Source: Octopus vulgaris
Lineage: Eukaryota
Reading direction: 5' to 3'
Length of the DNA: 64,000 bases
NCBI GenBank assembly: GCA_951406725.2
Contig: OX597833.1
Span: 50,158,001 to 50,222,000 of the forward strand
Part shown: piece after piece, positions 42,432 to 54,528 of the stretch
Numbering within the stretch: position 1 is the first letter of the stretch
Layout: every line of letters starts with the position of its first letter
Translations under genes and position numbers: made by a program
Notes under the pieces: model-generated
Seen by the model: only the letters and a program-made list of their open reading frames with translations
What the model was told of the DNA's origin: nothing
Databases searched by the model: none

Positions 42432-42945
42432 CGGTGAGCTTGTAGCAATGTTAGCACGTCGGACGAAATGCTTAGCGGTATTTCGTCTGCGTTACGGTGT
42501 GAGTTCAAATTCCGCCGAGGTCGACTTTGCCTTTCATCCTTTCAAGATCGATAAAATAAGTACCAGTTACGCACTGGGGTCGATGTAATCGACTTAATAC
42601 CTATGTCTGTCCTTGTTTGTCCCCTCTGTGTTTAGCCCCTTGTGGGTAATAAAGAAATAGGTATTTCGTCTGCCGCTACGTTCTGAGTTCAAATTCCGCC
42701 GAGGTCGACTTTACCTTTCATCCTTTCAGAGGTCGATAAATTAAGTACCAGTTGTGTACTGGGGTCGATCTAATCGACTGGCCCCCATCCCGCAAAATTT
42801 CGGGTTTTGTGCCTATAGTGGAAAAGAATAGAATAAATATCGGGCTTAAAGAAAATTTACTGGAGTCGATTCTTTTGACTAAAACATTTCAAAGCGATGC
42901 CCCAGCATGGCAACAGTCTAATGATTAAAACAAATAATGACAAAT
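42432..42945 (+). mobile_element. SINE family B dimer followed by a decayed family A tail
   Basis: Head + tail-1 unit + tail-2 unit, then gatgccccagcatggcaacagtctaatgattaaaac. Confidence 0.85.
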
Positions 42946-43043
42946 TATATGAACGTATATATTTGCTGTTTCAATAAGGTGATGAAACTCCAATAAGTCA
43001 ATAGCTGAGTATGCCTACAAGCGTATGTGTGTGTATGTATATA

Positions 43044-43240
43044 TACTCTTTTACTCTTTTACTTGTTTCAGTCATTTGACTGCGGCTATGCTGGAGCACC
43101 GCCTTTAGTCGAGCAAATCGACCCCGGGACTTATTCTTTGTAAGCCCAGTACTTATTCTACCGGTCTCTTTTGCCGAACCGCTAAGTGACGGGAACGTAA
43201 ACACACCAGCATCGGTTGTCAAGCAATGCTAGGGGGACAA

Positions 43241-43303
<63 letters not shown>

Positions 43304-43464
43304 AAGGCTTCTTTCAGTTTCCGTCTACCAAAATCCACTCACAAGGCATTTATCGGCCCGGGGCTATAGCAGAAGACACTTGCCCAAGATGTCACGCAGT
43401 GGGACTGAATCCTGAACCATGTGACTGGTTAGCAAGCTACTTACCACACAGCCACTCCTGCGCC
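43044..43464 (-). mobile_element. SINE family A, full length
   Basis: Homology to other copies. Confidence 0.9.
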
Positions 43465-44866
43465 TATATATATATATATACACATACTACGTATTCGCTC
43501 TATATGCATATAGATTAGCAGATGGGTTAAAGAGGCGTAACAACAGCGGCCGGTATGCTGGGTGGAGCGAAAGACTTCTGTGTCTAATGACCCGGTAAAT
43601 CAGGGAATGACCTCTCATTAGCTGCACCCTAGCTTTGTGTAAAGCATCTAACAATACCCATCAGCCTACCCGAGAAAGACGCCTGCTTCCCTGGCAGTAA
43701 TAATGTCGGTGTTGTCTGCAGGGATTGCGTTCAGTATAACAGAAGTATGACCGCCAAAAGCTAAAAACATCTGATGCAAACTACCCGGATGCTCGTTATC
43801 TGGCTAATTACGCATTTTTATTTTATGTTGTAATTTATCTCTTTATTTATTTATTTATTTATTTATTTTATTTATTTATTTATGTCTTGTTGTAAGTCTA
43901 CGAATACCCTCCATGTCGATACAATGATGTTAATGTAACAAGGGTGTACAGACGGAAAATGTGATAGTGTAGATATTTTCCCACTTTGTCATATTCGTGC
44001 TGGGACGCCTGGCAAAACGTGTACACACACACACATACACACACATACACACACATACGCACACACGCACGCACACAAACACACACACACACACACATAC
44101 ACACACACACATACACACACACACACGTTATCTTTTATCTTATACTTGTTTCAGTCATTAGACTGCGGCTATGCTGGGGCACCGCCTTTTAGAACACTAG
44201 TCGAACGAACAGGCCGAGTACTATTTTTTAAAGTGGAAGCGCAATGGCCCAGCGGTCAGGGTAGCGGACTCGCGGTCAGAGGATCAGAGGGTCAGAGGAT
44301 CGCAGTTTATTTATTGATCGAAAACACCTAAAGCTCCACAAGGCTCGCCTCATTATGACTCATGTTGCGTACAGCCCTCTTCTCGAAACACTGCTGCCCA
44401 TGGTTGCTCCAGCTGCACTATGTTCCAGTAAAAGACGCCACGGTCACGGTCGGAACGTTTTGATTATAACTCTTCTCAGTTCTCATTTGAAGCTAAACAC
44501 CAACAACGACTTTAGTAAATTGAAGCGTCGGTCTATCTCTAATACCAAGTGTTTACACCATGACGCTGACATTGTAATTGATGCATACAAAATTGGCTTT
44601 GTTAATGTAGCAAAGCCGCGTTAGATAAATTTGCTCTTAATGTCTAACATAGCAGGATTTCCCTTCTGTTCTCGATTTACAGACGAAATTATTACGTTTC
44701 TCTCATTTCATGTTTTTTTTTTTTGTTTTTTCGAATTTTTGTTATAATTGATTAACATGTACTATCTACATTTGTCTATCAAAATATATACACTCAAATG
44801 TTCATACATACATACATAGATATCCACATACATACATACATACATACATGCATGCATGCATGCATA

Positions 44867-45729
44867 ACTGCTACTTATTTAATCGACTCCGAAAGGATGA
44901 AAGGCAAAGTCGACCTCGGCGGAATTTGAACTCAGAACGTAATGGCAGACGAAATACCTATTTCTTTACTCCCTACAAGGGGCTAAACACAGAAGAGGCT
45001 AACAAGGACAGACAAACAGATTAAGTCGATTCTATCGACCCCAGTACGTAACTGGTACTTAATATATCGAATCCGAAAGGATGAAAGGCAAAGTCGACCT
45101 CGGCGAAATTTGAACTCAGAACGTAACGGCAGACGAAATACCTATATCTTTACTACCCACAAGGGGCTAAACACAGAGAGGACAAACAAGGACAGACAAA
45201 CGTATTAAGTCGATTATATTGACTCCAGTGCGTAACTGGTACTTATTTAATCGACCCCGAAAGGATGAAAGGCAAAGTCGACCTCGGCGGAATTTGAACT
45301 CAGAACGTAATGGCAGACGAAATACCTATTTCTTTACTACCCACAAGGGGCTAAACACAGAAGAGGCTAACAAGGACAGACAAACAGATTAAGTCGATTC
45401 TATCGACCCCAGTACGTAACTGGTACTTAATATATCGATCCCGAAAGGATGAAAGGCAAAGTCGAACTCGGCGGAATTTGAACTCAGAACGTAACGGCAG
45501 ACGAAATACCTATATCTTTACTACCCACACAGAGAGGACAAACAAGGACAGACAAACGTATTAAGTCGATTATATTGACCCCAGTGCGTAACTGGTACTT
45601 ATTTAATCGACCCCGAAAGGATGAAAGGCAAAGTCGACCTCGGCGGAATTTGAACTGAGAACGTCAAGACAGAAAATACTGCTAAGCATTTCGCCCGGCG
45701 TGCTATCGATTCTGCCAGCTCACCGCCTT
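44867..45729 (-). mobile_element. SINE family B: head + four tail-1 modules + partial fifth core; ABAB higher-order repeat
   Basis: Units 1/3 and 2/4 share diagnostic variants; ~368 bp period (aatggcagac at 44941 and 45309). Confidence 0.9.
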
Positions 45730-45937
45730 ACACCGCACTTGATAATGTGGGCTTAGATTTCTTATACAGGGGAAGAAGTTGGGAAGATCGTAGCTTGAAT
45801 GGCTGAAATGCTTTCCATCATTGGCCTTATTCTTACCAGGGTTGACCAGGGGCTAAAAAAACAACACACATTCTAGTTGAGAGGTGTTTGTATTATACGA
45901 GATCTGGTTTGTATAAGGATGGTGGTGTGGTGGTTAC

Positions 45938-46341
45938 TTTGATTTTGACAGCACTGAAGAAGGCCGTGCTGAAGTGAAGGTGGTGGTGGTGGTGGCGGCG
46001 ACGGCGGCGGTAGCGATGGAGGTTGCGGCAGCGTTGGTGGCGGGAAGGATCGGAGTGCCGGCAGGGAAGGGTGGTGGTGCGGTGTTAGTGTTGGGAAGAA
46101 CGGCGTTGTTGTTGTTGGTGGTGGTGTTGGTGGTGGTGTTGGTGTTGGTGGTGGTGGTGTTGGTGTTGTGGTGGTGGTGGAGGTGGCGCAGGTGGCGAGG
46201 GGTGACAGAGGCTCCATCGGATGGCGGGAACAGTGGTGTTGACGGTGATGACGGCAGTGACCGTAGTGGTGGAAGTAGGAGTGGCGGTGGCGACAGTGGT
46301 CGTGGGGGGGACGGTGGCAGCAGTAGTAGCGGTGACAGCAT
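45938..46341 (-). other. GC-rich low-complexity candidate exon (first exon, coding or 5' UTR)
   Basis: Local GC/CpG enrichment; trinucleotide rather than dinucleotide repeats; two open Pro/Thr-rich frames; possible donor AAA|GTAACC. Confidence 0.3.
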
Positions 46342-46967
46342 CGGCGGCGGTGACTGAAGCTTTAATTTAGTGGGAAGGTTAATATTAACGCAAAGACAGG
46401 AGGAACACGAACTTCAACAAGACGGACCTGTGTACCGTGGACTACAAACATAAATCTTGTGTCTACTTCAGAGGCCTCTCTCAATGTCATTTTGTTATTG
46501 TTGTCGTTGTCGTTGTTGCTGTTGTTGTTGTTATAGTTCTGGCGAAGAGAGAAAGGGAGAGTGTCGCTGCAGCAGCAGCAGCAGCAGCATCGAACAGGTG
46601 GGTGTATACGGGTGGAGGACGGGTGGAACAGTTCAAGCGTGTCAGATGTGAGTTGTCAGTCTAGCCAAGTGTCACAATCTCGGGTGTCGCTCGTTTTTAA
46701 AAAAAGATGAACCGTTGACACTTTCAGTGACTCGTAGACACGACGGCAACTCTCCTCCACCCTGCCTGCCTACCAACTTACTACTACAAACTACTACTAC
46801 TACTACACTTCTTTGTGCTTCGCTCCCTTCTACCCAGTCACATACAAGCATTCGTCGGGTAGAAGCTATCCTCATTACAATCCGATGAATTCACATATAA
46901 ATATATTTACATACAGACACACACACACATGTATTTATATATAAATTTATGTGTGTAATTCTGTACG

Positions 46968-47008
<41 letters not shown>

Positions 47009-47129
47009 TGCCTTCGCGAATATATATGTACGTACGTATATATCCCTTCCCTTCGAAAATACGTCGTCACCACATTTGCAGTCATTCACATAAAAACTGT
47101 CCAAAGCTTTCATACCATTAATCACTGCG

Positions 47130-47180
<51 letters not shown>

Positions 47181-47489
47181 GCCAATTATAAACGTTCTAT
47201 AATATAAACATACCGGAAAAAAACATCGTTATACATTAGACACACAATAATAAAAATGTTTTTAAACGTTCAAGGCTAATCCGAATAGGAAAGCGATTAA
47301 GAGGATTTAATTTACCTTAACCTCTGTACATATTGACTTAGAAGAGGTGAAGTGTACACAGCTGTACTTGAACCCAGAACAATGATGGTACAAATCAAGA
47401 AACTAAGACCTTTTATACCAGTTTTCTCAACTGGGGTCAATATAAGATTTTGCTGGTAAAATAAATTGGTTATGTTTCTGCGATATAAC

Positions 47490-47714
47490 TCTCTTTTTAT
47501 TCTTTTACTTGTTTCAGTCATGTGACTGTAGCCATGCTGGAGCATCGCCTTTAGTCGAACAAATCGACCCCAGGACTTGTTCTTTGTAAGCCTAGTACTC
47601 ATTCTATCGGCCCCTTTTGCCGAACCGCTAAGTTACGGGGATGTAAACAACACCAGCATCGGTTGTCAAGCGATGTTGCGGAGACAAACAGACACACAAA
47701 CATATATACACACA

Positions 47715-47805
<91 letters not shown>

Positions 47806-47960
47806 CAGGCTTCGTTCAGTTTCCGTCTACCAAATCCACTCCCAAGACTTTGGTCGGCCCGAGGCTATAGTAGAAGACACTTGCCCAAGGTGCCACACAG
47901 TGGGACTGAACCCGGAACCATATGGTTCGTAAGCAAGCTACTTACCACACAGCCACTCTT
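47490..47960 (-). mobile_element. SINE family A
   Basis: Homology; expanded internal microsatellite. Confidence 0.9.
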
Positions 47961-48143
47961 AAGCCTATAACAAGATATTAAAAAAAAATTTTAACAAATT
48001 TATTTTAATATCTAATTAGATAAAAAAAAAAATGGCGGTGAGCTGGCAGAATCGTTAGCAATATTGGAAACCGGCTCGTCCGTCAGTGGCAAGAAATTGA
48101 GAAATAAAGCAAAATAAGGACATACAAACATAGGTTCTTACAT

Positions 48144-48544
48144 TACTCTTTTACTCTTTTACTTGTTTCAGTCATTTGACTGCGGCCATGCTGGAGCACC
48201 GCCTTTAGTCGAGCAAATCGACCCCGGGACTTATTCTTTGTAAGCCCAGTACTTATTCTATCGGTTCTCTTTTGCCGAACCGCTAAGTGACAGGGGACGT
48301 AAACACACACCAGCATCGGTTGTCAAGCAATGCTAGGGGGACAAACACAGACACACAAACACACACACACATACATATATACGACAGGCTTCTTTCAGTT
48401 TCCGTCTACCAAATCCACTCACAAGGCATTGGTCGGCCCGGGGCTATAGCAGAAGACATTTGCCCAAGATGCCACGCAGTGGGATTGAACCCAGAACCAT
48501 GTGGTTGGTTAGCAAGCTACTTACCACACAGCCACTCCTGCGCC
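48144..48544 (-). mobile_element. SINE family A, full length
   Basis: Homology to other copies. Confidence 0.9.
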
Positions 48545-48774
48545 TATTCAATGTATGAAATTTACCAGGCTACACGACAGAAGATTAAGAAAACAGCATG
48601 AAGTTCCTGACCAGGCTGTTTTACTCTTAGTATTTTACAGTAAAGAATGAACTAAAAGTGGAATTGACAGACGGAGTGTCAACATTTGAGGTCAAACACC
48701 TTGACATCCAAGTCAGTTCCTTATTGATTCACCCAACATTACAGGTAAATTGTACGTGAATAGAACCGTGTTTT

Positions 48775-48822
48775 GAGCTGGGTCAACATATGCAGACCGA
48801 GCTGGGTCAACATATGCAGACC
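48775..48822. repeat. 24 bp tandem duplication gagctgggtcaacatatgcagacc
   Basis: Direct reading. Confidence 0.9.
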
Positions 48823-48864
48823 ATCTTTGTGTTTGTGTGAGTCTGAGTGTACATATATGTATAT

Positions 48865-48902
<38 letters not shown>

Positions 48903-49029
48903 GAAATGTCATAGAAAAACGTTCTGCATAGTAAATACAAATCAGAAATGCAAATATTTCAGTCTCGCGTTTGCAATATGAGTCGAAAATTATGATTATC
49001 CAAGTGATTTTTTGAGAAAAATTCCTCCC

Positions 49030-49236
49030 CCCCCCCACACACACACCCACATCGTTTGACAACCGATGGTGGTTTGTTTACGTCCCCGTAACTTAGCGCT
49101 TCGGCAAAAGAGACGGATAGAATAAGTACTAGGCTTACAAAGAATAAGTCCTGGGGTCGATTTGCTCTCGACTAAAGGCGGTGCTCCAGCACGGCCGCAG
49201 TCAAATGACTGAAAAAAGTAAAAGAGTGAAAGAGTA
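49030..49236 (+). mobile_element. SINE family A 3' half
   Basis: Tail homology; inverted relative to its neighbour at 49283. Confidence 0.85.
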
Positions 49237-49282
49237 TTTACCAAACTTTCAGTCATCTGATCCCATAGGAATTATTCCCCTT

Positions 49283-49682
49283 CTTTAGTCGCGCAAATCG
49301 ACCCCAGGATTTATTCTTTGTAAGCCTAGTACTTATTCTATCGGTCATTTTTGCCGAACCGCTAAGTAAACACACCAGCATCGGTTGTCAAGCGATGTTG
49401 GTGGTGGGGGGAAGAACACAGTCACTCAAACACATACACCCACATACATACATACATACATGCATATATATGCATATATATATGTATATATATATATATT
49501 TATATATAGGGAGAGTTTACGAAAAAACAAAAGACGAAGACAGGTGGTGTACAAAACAGACAGATGTATTATTAGTATAACGCTAAGGAATAGAAAAAGT
49601 CTTATACGTTTCGAGCCTACGCTCTTCTACAGAAAGGGACACAGAAAAAACAAGGAGAGAAAAAAATGTGTGTAGTGGCTAA

Positions 49683-49717
<35 letters not shown>

Positions 49718-49863
49718 CACGACGGGCTTCTTTCATTTTCCGTCTACCAAATCCACTCATAAGGCTTTGGTCGGCCTGAGGCTATAGTAGAAGATACTTG
49801 CCCAGTGTGACTGAACCCGGAACCATGTGGTTCGTAAGCAAGCTACTTACCACACAGCCACTC
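49283..49863 (-). mobile_element. SINE family A carrying a nested insertion in its internal (TA)n
   Basis: Tail part 49283-49430 and head part 49720-49863 flank unrelated sequence. Confidence 0.85.
49508..49686 (-). mobile_element. ~180 bp HHR family 2 element; hammerhead-like fold at 49601-49636
   Basis: Minus: CTTT-CTGTAGA-A-GAGC(GTAG)GCTC-GAA-ACGT-A-TAAG; homologue at 62936-63115; (TA)n on both sides. Confidence 0.7.
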
Positions 49864-50345
49864 TTTAATTTTTTTTCTCACATGTTTCACTGTGTGACAA
49901 TATAATCTCCGTCGATAGCTGGACTATCGATGAGAAGCATATTTTAAAATTACATGTATTGCGATAACTTCGGAATCGCTGTAAGGAGAAATTATTTGAT
50001 AGCTAATGTATTACGTTACCGGGGGTGGTGGTGGGGGAAGAATACCATAGTATAAGATAACATCAATACTGGATGAAAATAAATGGTATAAGTTGTAATT
50101 ATTAGACGTATAACGTTACATTTCGTTCTGTTGACAAAATAAATAGTGAAAATAAAGTATTTATATCAGTACATACATCATTCACACGCATGCACACACA
50201 CACACACATACACACACACGTACATACACGCAGATACAAGTATGCACGTATGTACACACAAAGATAAATAGTGTCTAGCTAGATTGACAAGACTTTGGTC
50301 AGTGATATGGAGAGGTGAATATTAGATCTTACCTATCTATCTATC

Positions 50346-50394
<49 letters not shown>

Positions 50395-50395
50395 G

Positions 50396-50719
50396 AAGCC
50401 ACCTTGAGCATAATCCTATGAACCCGGTAAAATTTAAAACAGAGAGTTATTTACTTGCAAATAAATGTGTCAACATGTGACATTATTGACCGAGGTTACC
50501 GTGGTCTTTTCCGTAGGCTTTTCTTTCCACGGATAACACCTTATCTGTTTACCCCTTCACACTTTACATCATGACATTTCTGTGATACACGATCCCTATT
50601 GATCATTTCTTTTACGATCCCTTTTGATCGAAAACCTACCCCCCTTCCCCCCCCCTCCCAAGCTCTACTTTTGTAATTTGTCCCCTCTGTGTTCAGCCCT
50701 GTGTGGCTAATAAAGAAAC
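50396..50719 (+). mobile_element. Probable 5'-truncated LINE 3' end inside (CTAT)n
   Basis: Unique sequence between CTAT tracts, ending ttgtcccctctgtgttcagccctgtgtggctaataaagaaa, homologous to SINE B tail 1 and containing AATAAA. Confidence 0.55.
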
Positions 50720-51494
50720 ATATCTAAATATCTACCTATCTATCTATCTATCTATCCATCCATCCAAATATCTATATGTATGTATGTATGTATGTATGTA
50801 TGGCAAAGACTTTGCCTTCCATCCTTTCGGAGTCGATTAAATAAGTAGCAGTTATGCATGCATGCATGTATGTATGTATGTATGTATGTATGTATGTATG
50901 TATGTATGTATGTATGTATGATGGGTTTCAACACAATTACCGTTGATTAAATTCACTCACAAGGCATTGGACGGTCCGGCTCTAAGTTAGAAAGCATTTT
51001 GCCCAAGGTACCGGAGAGCGGGATTTGACCCGAAGTCATGTGGGCGTAAAAAGTGACTTTCTTCACAACATAGCTATACTTGACCAAAAAAAAAACAAAA
51101 AACAAAAAAAAGAACAAAATACGGTGAGGCTGGAAATTAAAAAAGAAATCGAACATGGTGGTCATGCTCGAATGTTTTTGACTGCAGGTGACTCGTAGCC
51201 AAGCGGCGATATTAATAATGCATATTCTCACTGCAGTAAACAATGGCATCGCGTGAGTTTCCGCCTCTCTGTTAAAATTTTAACGGTTACATAAATGACT
51301 CACTACTTGAGACGGCTATAAAAGCGTGGTGGGAAATGCCTTCTTGCCTGTTCGAAAGGCCATCATCGAATAGGTCTAGGATCAAAGTTATTTCCAACTG
51401 TGATTATCCCTTCTCAGAGAAAATTATAACTGCATGTGCTGGTTCTCAAGCGGAGCCTATACGACCGTTGGGAGTCCATATTAGATTTGCGCCC

Positions 51495-52050
51495 CGAGTT
51501 CAAATTCCGCCGAGGTCGACTTTACATTTTATCATTTCAGAATCGATGAAATAAATCTTTTCTACTCGAGGAACAAGGCCCGAAATTTTGGGGGAGTGGA
51601 CCCAGTCGATTAGATCGACCCCAGTACGCAACTGATACTTAATTTATCGACTCCCGAAAGGATGAAAGGCAAAGTTGACCACGGCGGAATTTGAACTCAG
51701 AACGTAAAGACAGGCGAAATACCTATTTCTTTATTGCCCACAAGGCGCTAAACATTGAGGGGACAAACAAGGAAAGACAAACGGATTAAGTCGATTATAT
51801 CGACCCCTGTGCGTAACTGGTACTTATTTAATCGACCCCGAAAGGATCAAAGGCAAAGTCGACCTCGGCGGAATTTGAACTCAGAACGTAACGACAGACG
51901 AAACACCGCTAAGCGTTTCGCTCGGGTGCTAACGTTTCTGCCAGCTCGCCAATAAATACCAGTTGAGCACTGGGGTCGATATAATCGACTTATCCCACCC
52001 CACCACTGGCATTGTTGGTGGCCGTATGCTAAAATTTGAAACCAATAAGT
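51495..52050 (-). mobile_element. SINE family B dimer (51556-51951, minus) nested within a plus-strand family B copy
   Basis: Plus-strand core at 51495-51555 resumes at ~51952 (aataaataccagttgagcactgggg). Confidence 0.8.
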
Positions 52051-52349
52051 TATATTTCTATAATATTTCACCAATTTCGTTTTCAATGTAATTCTTGGAA
52101 ATAAATTATAGAAATACCAAAAATACATTAAATGGCTATGTGGGCCCAACTAACTAAAATGGGAATCAAAGGGGTCCATAGGCAAAAACAATGATTGAGA
52201 ACCCTTATCTTAATGTATCCATTCTTTAAGCAAGCAAGATGTAATTTTGCGAGGGGTGTATGTGACTTGGTTGCTATTTTTAGCAAGTCAAGTGTCTATA
52301 TTCTACTGCTGACTTGTCTCAAGATTATGTAGTTTATGTTGTTTTAAAT

Positions 52350-52597
52350 GTGGAGGCACGTGGCTTAGTGGTTAGGGTGTCAGCATCATGATCGTAAGAT
52401 TGTGGTTTCGATTCTTGGACCGGGCAACGCGTTGTGTTCTTGAGCAAAACACTTCATTTCACGCATCTGGTAAAAATGAGTAACGCTGCAATGGGCTGGC
52501 GTCCCTCCAGCTAGAGAACACATATGCCATAGAAGCCAGGAAACCGGGCCCATGAGCCTGGCTAGGCTTTAAAAGGGCGCATTAAAAAAAAAATTAG
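52350..52597 (+). mobile_element. tRNA-derived SINE family E with A-tail and TSD
   Basis: A box tggcttagtgg; B box gtttcgattc; oligo-A tail; 12 bp TSD gttgttttaaat at 52338-52349 and 52598-52609. Confidence 0.9.
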
Positions 52598-52946
52598 GTT
52601 GTTTTAAATACAATTCAGTCATGACTGAGCAGGCATAAAACAAAGTATCCCGGCCGTGTGCATTCCATCTTATCATCTTGTATTTTAGACGAACTATCTA
52701 GCAGTGTGATTTAAAGAAGTTTTAGCTGCTATTTCTCATAGGTCTTTCGACCACTTGAACCGGTCCATCTCTCTGCGTAAGTATTGTACACGAAAGTATT
52801 GAAAAGGTTTTCTTTAAGATAATCCTCTTTCCTTCCCCACACCTACAACTCAAAGGTGTCTTTAAATCAGTTTATACTTCGTACAAACAATATGCACACA
52901 TACTCACGAATACATTGTATGCGTGTGTGTATATATGTGTGTGTGT

Positions 52947-52989
<43 letters not shown>

Positions 52990-53613
52990 CTATGTATGTA
53001 TATGTGTGAAACTATCTCAAATTCAGAATTTTAATCCGGATTTTTTCTTATTTCTTCCTATTTCAACATCATAGAATTTATAGAATTTTCTGTCTTTTTT
53101 TCACGAGTTAAGTACACAAGTGGAAAGTGAGTGTGAGAGGGAAAGTGAAGAAACGCAGAGAGACAGAGAGAGAGAGGGGGAGAGAGACAGACAGACAGAA
53201 AGAGAAAGACAGAAAAAAGAAAGAAAGAAGCGGGTGAAGAATGTGTATGGAAAAAGACAGATAACTTGATGGGAGAGAAGATAAAGAAATGGTGTGTTCT
53301 TTCTCAAACTGATATATGAGTACGTGTGTGTGTGTGTATGTGTGTGTGTGTGTGTGTGTGTATTTGTGTGTGTGTTGCATTTTTTAATGTTAAAACAATG
53401 CTAGCAATAAGAAATAAAACAAGTCGATGGTTGGTTTAATATTTCGGGTTTTAGGAGCCCTTCTTCAAGAAATCTTCGGTGATGTGGTGTTGTGAGGTGA
53501 CTTCTCTGTTCATATACACACTAGTGAAAAAAGAACCTAGTCATCTTGTTACTGAACAGCTTACATTCTCTGAAGAACCTCTAAAATGGCTTACATTCAT
53601 GAATGCGCGCACA

Positions 53614-53682
<69 letters not shown>

Positions 53683-53918
53683 ACACAAACATTTACGTAC
53701 ATTTTCTCGAGTTCAACATGTAACGTTTTTGTCTTTGTTATCTAAATTCCAACGATGGAGCTTTGTATCTTTGTTAGAAACCAGCTCCTTCCTAATTGGA
53801 AAGATTTCAAGTAATTAAAATAGAAGAGAACAAACTTAAATGCAACACTGGAGTTGACGTAATCGACTATTCTCCTCCCACAAAGTTTCGGGCTTTGTGC
53901 CTATAGTAGAAAGGATTA

Positions 53919-53958
<40 letters not shown>

Positions 53959-53959
<1 letters not shown>

Positions 53960-54509
53960 GAGTGAGAGAGTAGTGCATGCTATCAAAGTGACACTGGGGT
54001 AAAATATACGAAGCCCAGTATACCCATCATGACTACCCGTCTGATAAAGGTACACTAGGCACATGCATCACAACCATATGTGCGCGAAATGGTGATCTCA
54101 TATCAAGATAAACAGCACATGACCTTGCAGGTGGGGCCCTGTTAGAATTTTCTTCTGGTCGAATAACCCATCCTGCTCAAAAGGTCCCTGAATAAGGGTT
54201 GTTTAAGGATGTTGAAGGAAACACCCATGTTTCCAGAGGTGAATTATTCAAACCCCAAAGAATCCCTCGCAACACATGGCCATGATGCTCCTCCACTACT
54301 TCTGCTCGTGATAAGATATGCACATATCATCAGCCACAAAGGGACATGCTCAACTGGTTAAGGTCAAGCAACCGACAATCTGTGGTATTGAGCGGAATAT
54401 TTGCTGTAGCCCATCTTTTATACCAAGACAAAACAATGTACATGATAACACTTCCAACTAGTTAAGATCAGAAGCCATCAGAGCCACTGTCTGGTACTGC
54501 ATCACGGCA
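53959..54509. mobile_element. Family C ~550 bp repeat, apparently complete
   Basis: TG...CA termini; bordered by (TAT)n; three copies in the window. Confidence 0.85.
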
Positions 54510-54528
54510 TGTATTATTATTATTTTCA

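Noticed and set aside
47419-52210. hAT-MITE-like ends (cagttttctcaactggggtc; ggggtcc...ttgagaaccc)
   Set aside because: Degenerate, no TSD, cannot be paired confidently
52350-52430. tRNA-like sequences at SINE heads as tRNA genes
   Set aside because: No complete cloverleaf; continuous with SINE bodies and TSDs
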